NCBI GenBank assembly: GCA_040388575.1
Contig: JAZKBO010000002.1
Location: forward strand, 95,942-159,941
From: Patescibacteria group bacterium
GTDB taxonomy: Bacteria; Patescibacteriota; Minisyncoccia; Phycocordibacterales; UBA9973
Direction of reading: 5' to 3'
DNA length: 64,000 bases
A program made the position numbers and the translations under genes. The notes beneath the pieces were generated by a model. It saw only the letters and a program-made list of their open reading frames with translations, searched no databases and was not told the DNA's origin. Shown piece by piece: positions 29,857-39,647 of the stretch. Numbering within the stretch: position 1 is the first letter of the stretch; every line of letters starts with the position of its first letter.

Positions 29857-30327
29857 CTATATTATTTCAACTTTCTTTTCTATTATTTCCTTTCCTTCCG
29901 TACTAAATGTAAAGCTAGCATTCACTTTCTTACCTTCTAGGACTTGTGGCAACCAATGAATATCGTCAATCCACATATTTTCATAAGGGACTTTGTTGAT
30001 TGAATACCACTTAGGGGCCATCTCTTCGGTTTCAATTGGTTCCCCTTGCCACTTTTCTATAAAAAATACATGGACTTCTTGATTCCAATCCGAATTATCT
30101 TGAAAACTGAAATTAATAGTTGCGACTTGATGGAGATCCTTCGGCTCAATCTGGACTCTAATTTCCTCACGAGTCTCCCTAACTAGAGCTTCCTTGATAG
30201 TTTCGCCAATGTCCAATTTTCCTCCGACACCATTCCATTTACCCGCACCAAACCCACGCTTCTTCATTGCTAGTAATATTTGCTTCTCCTTAGGTTTATT
30301 CAGAAAAAGTAAAGTGGTCTTTTTCAT
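29857..30327 (-). CDS. Nudix hydrolase, 8-oxo-dGTP diphosphatase (MTH1-like)
   Basis: KKRGFGAGKWNGVGGK...RETREE Nudix box; MWIDD. Confidence 0.9.
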   Translation of the reverse strand: MKKTTLLFLNKPKEKQILLAMKKRGFGAGKWNGVGGKLDIGETIKEALVRETREEIRVQIEPKDLHQVATINFSFQDNSDWNQEVHVFFIEKWQGEPIETEEMAPKWYSINKVPYENMWIDDIHWLPQVLEGKKVNASFTFSTEGKEIIEKKVEII

Positions 30328-30331
30328 ATTG

Positions 30332-30402
30332 CTGGGAGGCTTGGAATCGAACCAAGATTAACGGCTTCAAAGGCCGCTGTCCTACCGTTAGACGATCTCC
30401 CA
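30332..30402 (-). tRNA. tRNA-Gln(TTG)
   Basis: Cloverleaf: acceptor TGGGAGA/CCTCCCA, anticodon arm GCGGC-CTTTGAA-GCCGT, TTCGATT loop; CCA not encoded. Confidence 0.95.
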
Positions 30403-30426
30403 ATAACTTAAAAACACTGAACAACC

Positions 30427-31485
30427 TTAATCTTTACTTATTATTCTTACCAACGCAAGCTCAAGTGGTAATTCGGTAATAAAAGCCTTATCCATATTTT
30501 GGTACTCTTCTAGTAGCGTCGCCAATGCAGGTGAGCGCAAATTTCCCTCTTTGTCATCCTTAATTATACCTTTTAGAAACTCTAAGTCAGTTGCCCCGAT
30601 GTCTTGCGCCATTTCATCTTGCAGCTTTGGAGCATAGCGCAGGATAATTACCAGACGGAACTTTTCAATAATTAATTTAAAAAATAATTTCATATCAAGG
30701 TTACTTGAGGATGCATCCTTTACCGCGGTAATACCCATAGGTAGATCTTTAGTAGCGATAGCCCGAATATAATCATTAACCAAGGTTGTTTTAGGTGCAC
30801 CAGTCACCTTTTCTACATCATCTCGCGACACCTTGGTTGCTTTCTTTCCTTTAGCGTCCTTTTGATAAAAATTTAAAACTTTCTGGAGTTCACCTAATGC
30901 ATCACGGAAGGAGCCGTCACTAAGTATTGCCAGGAGTTCCGCTGCACCAGCATCCAAGTCCACAGACTCCTTCTTAGCAACATCTAATAGCATTTTTTTA
31001 GCAACTACCTCCGATGCTTTTCTAAAAGTAAAAACCTGACAGCGGGAAATTATTGTGTCCGGAACTTTATGGAATTCAGTAGTAGCTAAAATAAAAATCA
31101 CATGCTTCGGCGGCTCTTCTAGGGTCTTGAGTAATGCGCCCCAGGCATCCTTCGAGAGCATGTGGACCTCGTCAATAATATAGACCTTGTATTTGGAATC
31201 GAATGGCAGGACTCGCACTCCGTCACGGAGGGCCTTAATGTCCTCAATGCCGCGGTTAGATGCTGCATCGATTTCATATAGGTCATTCGTAGATATTCCG
31301 ATTTCTTTAGCAAAGATTCGAGCTACGGAGGTTTTACCTGTACCACGGGATCCTACAAATAAGTAGGCATGGGAGACTTTATTGGTCTCCACTGAGCTTT
31401 CAAGTATGTCCACAATGTGGTCCTGGCCCAACACTTCGCTCCATTTTTGCGGCCTATATTTACGGTAAAGCGCTAAGTCATGCAT
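30427..31485 (-). CDS. dnaX: DNA polymerase III subunit gamma/tau (short)
   Basis: LYRKYRP, GSRGTGKT, EIDAASN, DEVHML, LLKTLEEPP, SRC. Confidence 0.96.
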   Translation of the reverse strand: MHDLALYRKYRPQKWSEVLGQDHIVDILESSVETNKVSHAYLFVGSRGTGKTSVARIFAKEIGISTNDLYEIDAASNRGIEDIKALRDGVRVLPFDSKYKVYIIDEVHMLSKDAWGALLKTLEEPPKHVIFILATTEFHKVPDTIISRCQVFTFRKASEVVAKKMLLDVAKKESVDLDAGAAELLAILSDGSFRDALGELQKVLNFYQKDAKGKKATKVSRDDVEKVTGAPKTTLVNDYIRAIATKDLPMGITAVKDASSSNLDMKLFFKLIIEKFRLVIILRYAPKLQDEMAQDIGATDLEFLKGIIKDDKEGNLRSPALATLLEEYQNMDKAFITELPLELALVRIISKD

Positions 31486-31494
31486 AAAATTATT

Positions 31495-32457
31495 CTACCT
31501 TATTCCTCCTAAAAAATCATTAACAATATCCTCAACTTCCTTTGCATTATTTACCTCCATTAATTTAACCCGGAGTTCCTTGGCGCCATCGAAACCATTT
31601 ACATATGCCTTGTAATGCTTTTTCATTATTGCAAAGTTTTTATGTCTGCCCAACATTTCCTCAAAGAGCTTTGTATGTTCTACCATAACTTTTAATTTTT
31701 CTTGTAAGGTTGGGGCTTTGCCAGTGAAGAGCCATGGATTGCCAAAGATCGCACGCCCCAACATCACACCATCACAGCCATAGTCATTTGCTTTTTGTTT
31801 TGCATCCACTAAATCAAGTGCGTCACCATTACCGAAAATTAAGGTATCTTTTTTCATCTGATTTCGGATTTCAATAATTCTTGGCATCAAGTCCCAATGT
31901 GCTGGCACGTCTGACATTTCCTTCCTTGTGCGTAGGTGCACAGTCAGCATTGCTAAATCCTCCTCAAGTAGGGCTGGTATCCAAGTTTCAATTTCATCTT
32001 TATTGTAACCAATGCGAGTTTTTACTGACACGGGTAATCCTGGTGCGCCTTCTTTAACTGCTCTAATTATTGCTTTAGCGAGCGAAGGATCCTTCATCAT
32101 CGCAGCTCCCGCACATTGCTTTTCGATAGTTTTATCGGGGCAGCCCATGTTAATATCAATGCCATCAAAGCCCAGCTCCTTACAAAGAGCCGCAGCAATT
32201 TTAATATTCTCCGGTCTACCGCCAAATATTTGCGCAACAATCGGCCGTTCATTTTCTGCATATTTAAAATCAATCAACAGCTTCTCGCGAGCTATTGGAT
32301 GCGCCAAACCATCTGCCGATACAAATTCCGTCCAGAATACGTCCGGCTTGCCATGCTCGGCAATTATTTGCCTAAAGACACAATCAGTAACGTCTGCCAT
32401 TGGTGCAAGAACCATGATTGGCTTATTTAGATTCTGCCAAAATCCTAAGTTACTCAT
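31495..32457 (-). CDS. dus: tRNA-dihydrouridine synthase
   Basis: LAPMADVTD, DINMGCP, SVKTRIG, GNGD, GRAIFGNPW; start probably MSNL at 32457. Confidence 0.93.
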   Translation of the reverse strand: MSNLGFWQNLNKPIMVLAPMADVTDCVFRQIIAEHGKPDVFWTEFVSADGLAHPIAREKLLIDFKYAENERPIVAQIFGGRPENIKIAAALCKELGFDGIDINMGCPDKTIEKQCAGAAMMKDPSLAKAIIRAVKEGAPGLPVSVKTRIGYNKDEIETWIPALLEEDLAMLTVHLRTRKEMSDVPAHWDLMPRIIEIRNQMKKDTLIFGNGDALDLVDAKQKANDYGCDGVMLGRAIFGNPWLFTGKAPTLQEKLKVMVEHTKLFEEMLGRHKNFAIMKKHYKAYVNGFDGAKELRVKLMEVNNAKEVEDIVNDFLGGIR

Positions 32458-33313
32458 TAAATTTCCAGTAAACCTTATTGCCAAATCTTAGATCAATATA
32501 ATTTAGTTTCCCATAATTTTTCTTAAAGTCAGTCTGCAGCGGCTCGGTGGTTAGTGCAGTTTGTAAATTTTCGATTATTTTCGACAAATCTGCGTCCTTT
32601 TTAAGTATTAGCTGGGGGTTAGGTGCGGGAGGGGCTTTAGGTGAAAGTACTACTTTTATTTCATCATCCTTGGTGACAGTAATTGCAATATCCTTCAGCC
32701 CTAGAGCATCCAGATCCTTCTTGAATGTAATGAGATTAGAAAAAATTGCAGGCTCATAGTACTCACCCACACCAGTTTCTAGCCCACCATCATAGAATTT
32801 AAAATAAACATTTCCTGAAAAATACGGAGCTTCGTCGAATATATATCCAGTATTGTCCATAAAATAACACTTTTCATTCTTATCATTATTAGTAGCCGGA
32901 TTGTCTCCACACCAAGTATAGAGTCCATCTCTTTCAGTCATTGAAATTTCAAGGACGCGGTCATTTTTAATGCTAAATGAAATATTTTGCAGTCTTGGAA
33001 ATTTTGCCTCAAGCTCTTTTTGAATATCTACCTTTGGATAGAGTAAGAAATTTGTTTTAGGGAATATGTACAGGTAGTTACCTTCAAGATTTTCGAGCGC
33101 AATGGTACGTATTTCGCCTGTATCAACGACTCTATTGCCTGTTGCCTCGACTTGCGTAATGTTAAATTTATCAATCCTCGTAAGTAACGACAAGCCGCCG
33201 ACAATGGCACAAAAGCCAAAAACAACAACAGAGATTTTGACCCAGAGTATATTACGCCTTTGCCTCTTTAATTCCCTAAGGCGTGGAGAGTCTAAAACGC
33301 TTCGCTTGCTCAT
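32450..33313 (-). CDS. FtsQ/DivIB-like cell division protein
   Basis: Basic N-terminus, TM, POTRA-like segment, C-terminal YIDLRFGNKVY. Confidence 0.8.
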   Translation of the reverse strand: MSKRSVLDSPRLRELKRQRRNILWVKISVVVFGFCAIVGGLSLLTRIDKFNITQVEATGNRVVDTGEIRTIALENLEGNYLYIFPKTNFLLYPKVDIQKELEAKFPRLQNISFSIKNDRVLEISMTERDGLYTWCGDNPATNNDKNEKCYFMDNTGYIFDEAPYFSGNVYFKFYDGGLETGVGEYYEPAIFSNLITFKKDLDALGLKDIAITVTKDDEIKVVLSPKAPPAPNPQLILKKDADLSKIIENLQTALTTEPLQTDFKKNYGKLNYIDLRFGNKVYWKFNE

Positions 33314-33315
33314 AG

Positions 33316-34581
33316 CTATTTAATGATGGTCTTGCCACCCATATACTTCTGTAAAACTTCAGGAATTTTTATCGTGCCGTCTGCTTGTTGATAGTTTTCC
33401 AGGATTGAAGCCGGTAGCCTGGAAGTAGCGCAGGCAGTATTGTTTAATGAATGCACGTATTTAAGTTTTCCACCTTCATCCTTGTATTTAATATTTAGTC
33501 GGCGAGTTTGAAAATCATGAAAGTAGGAAGAGGAGTGGGTTTCCCGATATTTATTTTGTGAAGGCATCCAGGCCTCGATGTCATACTTCTTTACTTGGCC
33601 GAGCCCAAGATCCCCACCACAATTTACTACAACGCGATAAGGAACTTTCAATTCCTGCATTAAGTGCTCCACATGTGCTGTTATTTCTTCGTGCAGTTTT
33701 ACTGACATTTCATGGTCCGCTTCGCAAAGTAGAACCTGTTCAACTTTAAAAAATTCATGAACTCGAATTATACCCTTCACATCCTTACCGTGGCTACCAG
33801 CTTCGCGCCTGAAGCATGGTGAGAAGGCGATAATTTTATTTGGTAATGATGTTTTTGGCACTACTTCACCTGAGAAATACGACATGGTGGCAACTTCCGC
33901 GGTGCCTGCTAGGTACTCACCATCTTGCGTTTTATAAAGATCATCCTCACCTCCTGGAATATAGCCAGTGCCCATGAGAGCCTCCTTCCTGACTAATGAC
34001 GGCACGATCATCGGCGTGTAACCCTGCTTCACAAAATAGTCCATGGTGTATTGCCAGAGTGCAAAAAATAGTAGTGCACCATCATTCTTCATAAAATAGC
34101 CTCGAAAACCAGAAACTTTTGTGCCACGCTCGAAATCCGCTAAGTCCAAACTCTCCAGGAGTTCCACATGATCCTTGGGAGTAAAATCGAACTTTGGCTT
34201 TTCACCCCAGGCCCTGACTTCCACATTTTCAATATCACTACTACCATCGGGAACTGAAATATCTGGGACATTTGGAACCTGCAACATCACCTTCTGCCAC
34301 TCCTCCATCACGGTCTTCAATTTTTCCTCTTTACCTTTTATATCTTCCTTTACCGCACGCATTTCCTCAATTAGCTGCACTTTCAACGCTGGATCTTGGT
34401 CCCGAGCAATATCATTCGATACTCGATTCACTTCCGCACGCAAATCCTCTATCTCCTTGAGCATTTTTAAGCGGTCATCATCAAGCTCAACAAGCTTATT
34501 TATGTCAATTTTTATAAGCTTTTTATTGGCTCCGGCCTGGACTACATCCTTATTTTCCCGGATGAATTTGATATCTAGCAT
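33316..34581 (-). CDS. serS: Serine--tRNA ligase
   Basis: MLDIKFIREN, GTAE, FRREAG, RVHEFFKVEQ, ENYQ. Confidence 0.97.
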   Translation of the reverse strand: MLDIKFIRENKDVVQAGANKKLIKIDINKLVELDDDRLKMLKEIEDLRAEVNRVSNDIARDQDPALKVQLIEEMRAVKEDIKGKEEKLKTVMEEWQKVMLQVPNVPDISVPDGSSDIENVEVRAWGEKPKFDFTPKDHVELLESLDLADFERGTKVSGFRGYFMKNDGALLFFALWQYTMDYFVKQGYTPMIVPSLVRKEALMGTGYIPGGEDDLYKTQDGEYLAGTAEVATMSYFSGEVVPKTSLPNKIIAFSPCFRREAGSHGKDVKGIIRVHEFFKVEQVLLCEADHEMSVKLHEEITAHVEHLMQELKVPYRVVVNCGGDLGLGQVKKYDIEAWMPSQNKYRETHSSSYFHDFQTRRLNIKYKDEGGKLKYVHSLNNTACATSRLPASILENYQQADGTIKIPEVLQKYMGGKTIIK

Positions 34582-34604
34582 TTCATTATTATATACTATA
34601 GACG

Positions 34605-35462
34605 ATGGAAATCAAAAAACTCCCTTTTAATCGATTCCCTAAGGTGATGTTGGAAATTCCTCAACCTCCTAAGAATCTTTGGATTATGGGCGAGATGCCG
34701 CCAGAGAAATCTATATATTTATGTATAGTCGGTTCCCGTAAATTTACATCCTATGGACGAGATGCGTGTGAAAAAATAATTGCCGGCTTGAGGGGCTACC
34801 CTATTGTGATTGTTTCTGGGCTTGCACTAGGTATTGATGCCATAGCCCACCAGAAGGCGCTAGCGGTTGGACTCAAAACACTGGTCTTCCCGGGTTCCGG
34901 GCTCTCACCAGCTGCAATGTATCCAAAAACAAATGTTAGGCTGGCTGAAGATGTGGTAAGGAGTGGTGGCTGTGTAATTTCAGAATTCGAACCCGACTTT
35001 AAGGCAACACTTTATAGCTTTCCGTTACGCAACAGACTCATGGCAGGAATTTCTAAAGCTGTACTGGTAATTGAAGCTGCGGAAAAATCTGGCACGACTA
35101 TTACAGCACGATTAGCTACAGAATACAATCGTGATTTGCTAGTAGTACCTGGCTCAATATTTTCCCCAAATTCAGCCGGCACAAATAGATTGTTGCGCCA
35201 AGGGGCTACCCCTGTAACCTCGTCTGAAGACGTGCTAGAAGCATTAGGATTTAAAATTGATAAAAAGGAAAAACAGGCTAAGCTCTTTGCTGACCTTGCT
35301 CCAGAGGAGAAGAAGGTTATTGATTTATTGCGCGAGCCAGTGGAGCGAAATGACTTAATTAAGAAAATGAAGATGAACACCCCGGATGCAAATGCGTTAC
35401 TTTCTATTATGGAAATCAAAGAACTAATTAAAGAAGAATTAGGTGAAATAAAACTTGCTTAA
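34605..35462 (+). CDS. dprA: DNA processing protein DprA
   Basis: IVGSR, VSGLALGID, FPLRNRLMAG, SGTTITA, VPG. Confidence 0.95.
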   Translation: MEIKKLPFNRFPKVMLEIPQPPKNLWIMGEMPPEKSIYLCIVGSRKFTSYGRDACEKIIAGLRGYPIVIVSGLALGIDAIAHQKALAVGLKTLVFPGSGLSPAAMYPKTNVRLAEDVVRSGGCVISEFEPDFKATLYSFPLRNRLMAGISKAVLVIEAAEKSGTTITARLATEYNRDLLVVPGSIFSPNSAGTNRLLRQGATPVTSSEDVLEALGFKIDKKEKQAKLFADLAPEEKKVIDLLREPVERNDLIKKMKMNTPDANALLSIMEIKELIKEELGEIKLA

Positions 35463-35512
35463 TTTTGTTGAAATTTGCAAATAATTTCTATTTCGTGTAA
35501 TACTTAGCTCCT

Positions 35513-37729
35513 ATGAAACTGTTGATTGTTGAGTCGCCATCAAAAGCAAAGACGATTGAAAAATATTTAGAAGGCGCATACACAGTACGCGCCTCGGTTG
35601 GGCACGTGCGTGATTTACCCAAGTCAAATAAAAAAGCCATCGACATCGAGGGCGGTTTTGTACCTTTTTATGAAATTTCAAAAGGCAAAGACAAGGTGGT
35701 ACATGAACTCCAAGCTCTTGCTGAAAAAGCTAAGGAGATAGTATTGGCAACCGACCCCGACCGTGAGGGTGAAGCGATAGCATGGCATATTGAAACACTC
35801 CTCAAGCAGGACAAAAAAGTAAAGGCGCCTATTGAACGTGTAGCTTTCCATGAAATAACTAAGGAAGCTGTGGAGGAAGCACTGAAAAGCCCACGCAAGA
35901 TTGATACTGACCTTAGGAAGGCACAAGAGGCCCGCCGAGTACTTGACCGCTTAGTGGGCTACGACCTTTCAGGGCTCATTTGGAAAAAAGTTCGCTATGG
36001 ACTCTCCGCTGGACGCGTACAATCCCCCGCACTACGCATAATAATGGAACGTGAGCGCGAAATAAGAGCTTTCATTCCGGAAAAGTTCTGGAGAATTCTC
36101 GGGCTCTTTGAAACTAAAAAGGGGGCAAAAATTACCCTCGAGTGCAGCGAGGAACCTCGTGATGAAAAATTAGTTGATAAAATTTTAACTGAAGGCAAGA
36201 AAGGCAGCTGGATAATTAAAGACGTTAAAGAATCCGAACAAAAACGCACCCCGCGCGCACCTTTTACCACTTCGACGCTGCAGCAAACAGCAAGCTCACG
36301 CCTGGGCTACTCCCCATCTCGTACCATGCAGATAGCCCAAAAGCTCTACGAGGCCGGGCATATTACATATATGAGGACTGACAGTACAACTCTGGGAGCG
36401 GCAGCCCAGGGACAAATTCTAGGCTATGTGCAGAAAGAATATGGTAAAGAATACGCTGAGGCTAGAGTATATAAAACTAAGTCGAAAAATGCCCAGGAGG
36501 CTCACGAGGCCATCCGCCCAACGCATATAGACAAGCTGCACAGCGGGCACGATGATTTTGATAAGCTTTACAGATTAATTTGGGAACGTGCAGTTTCATC
36601 CCAAATGTCAGATGCGAAGTTATTAAAAACAAAAGTCACAGCCGTGATTGAAGGCCATGAAGACCTCCCACCATTCGGTGCGGTAGGTTCCCGCCTATTA
36701 TTTCCTGGCTGGCTTGCGGTAGACACTGGTGCGCGCGGTGAAGATGTAGAGCTACCGGAATGCAAAGCTGGAGAGAAATTGAATTTAATTGATTTAAGTA
36801 GTGAAGAAAAGTTTACAGAGCCACCAGGTAGGTATAGTGAAGCTGGACTTGTGAAAGAGCTCGAGAGCCGCGGCATCGGCCGCCCCTCTACATACGCCTC
36901 CATCATGCGTACTATTGAGGACCGTGGCTATGTCAGGAAGGAAGGTAAAACATTATTCCCAACCGATACCGGTGAGGTGGTCTCGGACTTTTTGGAAGCG
37001 CATTTTGCTAATTATATTTCAGACACCTTTACTGCCGAGATGGAAGATGAGCTGGATGAAATATCCCGTGGTGAGCGTGAATATGAAAAGACGCTTAGAG
37101 ATTTTTATACTCCATTTTCAAAAGATGTAAAAGCAAAAGATAAATTAGAAAAGGCTACAAACCTGGGCGACGCACCGGCGAATATCAAATGCCCTAAATG
37201 CGGCAGCCCGATGATTATTAAGCTATCACGCGCTGGTAAATTTTATTCCTGCTCAAAGTACCCAGATTGCGACGGTGCCCTGATGCTAGACGGTACTGAA
37301 CTCCAGGGTCCTAAAGAAACTGGTGAAATGTGTCCGCTCTGTGGGGAGAAGAAGGGTAAATCCGGCGGCGGTAAACTCGTAATCAAAGAGAGACGTGATG
37401 GCTCTGGTACATTTATAGCCTGCTCACGATACCCAAAGTGTAAATTTATTAAACAAGACGAAGAAGAAGTAAAAAGAAAAATGACAACTGTACAATGCCC
37501 AACATGTAAAAAAGGAATGATTATGGAACGCAAAGGTAGATTTGGAATTTTTTATTCTTGCTCTGACTACCCTGATTGCAAATTTGCGATGAAGGCCAAG
37601 CCGACTGGAAATATTTGCAATGTTTGCGGCTCTCTAATGATGCAAGGGACAAAGACCATACCAGAGCGTTGCAGTAAAAAAGAGTGCCCAAACTTCCGAC
37701 CAGATAAAATTAAAAAAATTGAGTCTTAG
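35513..37729 (+). CDS. topA: DNA topoisomerase I
   Basis: VESPSKAKTI, DPDREGE, SAGRVQS, ITYMRTDS, C-terminal zinc ribbons. Confidence 0.97.
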   Translation: MKLLIVESPSKAKTIEKYLEGAYTVRASVGHVRDLPKSNKKAIDIEGGFVPFYEISKGKDKVVHELQALAEKAKEIVLATDPDREGEAIAWHIETLLKQDKKVKAPIERVAFHEITKEAVEEALKSPRKIDTDLRKAQEARRVLDRLVGYDLSGLIWKKVRYGLSAGRVQSPALRIIMEREREIRAFIPEKFWRILGLFETKKGAKITLECSEEPRDEKLVDKILTEGKKGSWIIKDVKESEQKRTPRAPFTTSTLQQTASSRLGYSPSRTMQIAQKLYEAGHITYMRTDSTTLGAAAQGQILGYVQKEYGKEYAEARVYKTKSKNAQEAHEAIRPTHIDKLHSGHDDFDKLYRLIWERAVSSQMSDAKLLKTKVTAVIEGHEDLPPFGAVGSRLLFPGWLAVDTGARGEDVELPECKAGEKLNLIDLSSEEKFTEPPGRYSEAGLVKELESRGIGRPSTYASIMRTIEDRGYVRKEGKTLFPTDTGEVVSDFLEAHFANYISDTFTAEMEDELDEISRGEREYEKTLRDFYTPFSKDVKAKDKLEKATNLGDAPANIKCPKCGSPMIIKLSRAGKFYSCSKYPDCDGALMLDGTELQGPKETGEMCPLCGEKKGKSGGGKLVIKERRDGSGTFIACSRYPKCKFIKQDEEEVKRKMTTVQCPTCKKGMIMERKGRFGIFYSCSDYPDCKFAMKAKPTGNICNVCGSLMMQGTKTIPERCSKKECPNFRPDKIKKIES

Positions 37730-37768
37730 AAAGAGTGACGACCAGAGGCCTGTTCGGCACCCTGGTCG
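37728..37768 (-). terminator. GC-rich hairpin after cassette 3 ORF
   Basis: CGACCAG..GCC-GAACA-GGC..CTGGTCG stem followed by TCACTCTTTCT. Confidence 0.6.
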
Positions 37769-37780
37769 AGAACTGACCCT

Positions 37781-38083
37781 CTATTTCATTCGCTCCAGAA
37801 CGTTGGGCGGAATCTTCTCGCATGGCACGTTGGCGATCGACGGGATGAGATTGCCGCCGCGCCAATCTTCGAAGTACGCGTAGCAGAGCCCCACCCGAGC
37901 GTCTTCAATGTACTCGATGCTCCGCACGATGTGGTTAATACGTCCTTGTGTGGTGTCCGCTTCTTCCTGCGCATAGCGCGCCTGGGCTTCCGGACTCAAG
38001 CTTTCCTTCACAGCAGCATACACGATCGCTCCAAAAGCAGCGACAGCCAGCAATACCAATACGATTCCTCGCCACTTCTTCAT
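37781..38083 (-). CDS. GC-rich membrane-anchored small protein (mini-cassette 3)
   Basis: GGAGG 6 nt upstream of ATG 38083; N-terminal TM; YIEDARVGLCYA...VPC; promoter TTGACA-17-TAAATT (38146-38118). Confidence 0.72.
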   Translation of the reverse strand: MKKWRGIVLVLLAVAAFGAIVYAAVKESLSPEAQARYAQEEADTTQGRINHIVRSIEYIEDARVGLCYAYFEDWRGGNLIPSIANVPCEKIPPNVLERMK

Positions 38084-38139
38084 TGGGCACCTCCGTGCCA
38101 TACAATTGTTCCTAAATAATTTACAATTTATTTTTGCTG

Positions 38140-38168
38140 TTGTCAATCCGTGAAATATGTAGTATAAT
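38140..38168 (+). promoter_or_regulatory. Sigma70 promoter of leaderless rel, back-to-back with cassette 3 promoter
   Basis: TTGTCA-17-TATAAT, with ATG 6 nt downstream. Confidence 0.75.
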
Positions 38169-38174
38169 CTATAT

Positions 38175-39641
38175 ATGACAAGTATTAAGGAGCTTACTCA
38201 TTTAATGGGTAACAAACTTAATAAGAAGGAATGTGACCTTATTACAAAGGCATATGACTTTGCACTCAAAGCTCATGAAGGGCAAAAAAGGATGAGTGGT
38301 GAGCCCTACTTTAATCACGTATTCGAAACTGCAAAAATCTTGGCCAGTATGGGCATGGACACCCAGACAGTCGTGGCCGGGCTTCTGCATGATGTGGTGG
38401 AGGACACCAATGTAACTGAGGAGCAACTTGAAAAGGAATTTGGGCAGGACATTGCCTTTCTAGTAAAAGGAGTCACTAAACTTGGAACTTTGAAATACCG
38501 CGGGCATCAGCGACACATTGAAAGTTTGCGGAAGTTTTTCGTCGCCATGGCTAACGACCTGCGCGTGGTGATCATAAAGTTCGCTGACAGACTGCATAAT
38601 TTACGAACACTAGAGTATGTTCGGGAAGATAAGCGTGAACGGATTGCAGTAGAATCCATTGAACTATACGCGCCGCTGGCAAATAGGCTCGGTATGGGTA
38701 AATTAAAGGGTGAGATAGAGGATGCTGCCTTCCCTTTTGCCTACCCCAAAGAGTACACGATAATCGAGGACTTAATTAAAGAAAAGAAAGATGAATATCA
38801 GAAGTGCTTAACTGAGGTAAAGAATGAACTTGAAAAGGAATTAAAGAAAAATAAAATAAAACCGGTAGAAATCAATTACCGCATGAAGCATAAATACAGC
38901 CTATATAAAAAGTGGCTGAAGTATGACAAAGACATCGGTAAAATTTATGACATCGTGGCACTCCGGGTAGTGGTGGATACTGTGGAGGAGTGTTATAGGG
39001 TGCTAGGGCTCGTGCATGCACTCTGGAACCCGCTACCGGGCCGCATTAAAGACTACATTGCAGTTCCTAAGCCTAATGGCTATCGCTCCATTCATACCAC
39101 TATCTTTACTGGTCGCGGTGAAGTTGCTGAAATACAAATAAGGACTGCGGAAATGCACGCCGAAGCTGCATATGGTATCGCCGCCCATTTTGCCTACAAA
39201 GAAAAAGGTAAAAAAGCCCTAATGGATCAGTCGAAGTTCAAGTGGATTGAAGAGCTCAAGGAGTTGAATTATTCTCCAAGTGAGCCCAAGAGCTTTATTG
39301 AGCACCTCAAGATGGATTTTTTCAATGACCGTATTTTTATTTTTACCCCTAAGGGTGATGTAGTTGACCTGCCGGAGGAGTCCAGTCCGGTAGACTTTGC
39401 ATATTCTATTCACTCAGACATTGGCAACCATATGTTCGGCGCCAAGATTAATGGCAAAATGTCTCAGATTTTTACCAAGTTGCGAAATGGTGATATTGTA
39501 GAAATTATTACCAAGAAGGATTCCAAGCCATCAAGTAAGTGGCTGGAATATTCTAAAACTAACATCGCTCGCAAACATATCAAGCAATATTTAGATAAAA
39601 ATAGTTTACTTTCTAGGCTTAAGTCCTTCGGTCAGAAATAG
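38175..39641 (+). CDS. rel: RelA/SpoT homologue (HD hydrolase, synthetase, TGS; no ZFD/ACT)
   Basis: HDVVED, ADRLHN, RIKDYIAVPKPNGY, EIQIRT, TGS domain at the C-terminus. Confidence 0.93.
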   Translation: MTSIKELTHLMGNKLNKKECDLITKAYDFALKAHEGQKRMSGEPYFNHVFETAKILASMGMDTQTVVAGLLHDVVEDTNVTEEQLEKEFGQDIAFLVKGVTKLGTLKYRGHQRHIESLRKFFVAMANDLRVVIIKFADRLHNLRTLEYVREDKRERIAVESIELYAPLANRLGMGKLKGEIEDAAFPFAYPKEYTIIEDLIKEKKDEYQKCLTEVKNELEKELKKNKIKPVEINYRMKHKYSLYKKWLKYDKDIGKIYDIVALRVVVDTVEECYRVLGLVHALWNPLPGRIKDYIAVPKPNGYRSIHTTIFTGRGEVAEIQIRTAEMHAEAAYGIAAHFAYKEKGKKALMDQSKFKWIEELKELNYSPSEPKSFIEHLKMDFFNDRIFIFTPKGDVVDLPEESSPVDFAYSIHSDIGNHMFGAKINGKMSQIFTKLRNGDIVEIITKKDSKPSSKWLEYSKTNIARKHIKQYLDKNSLLSRLKSFGQK

Positions 39642-39647
39642 GCACTA

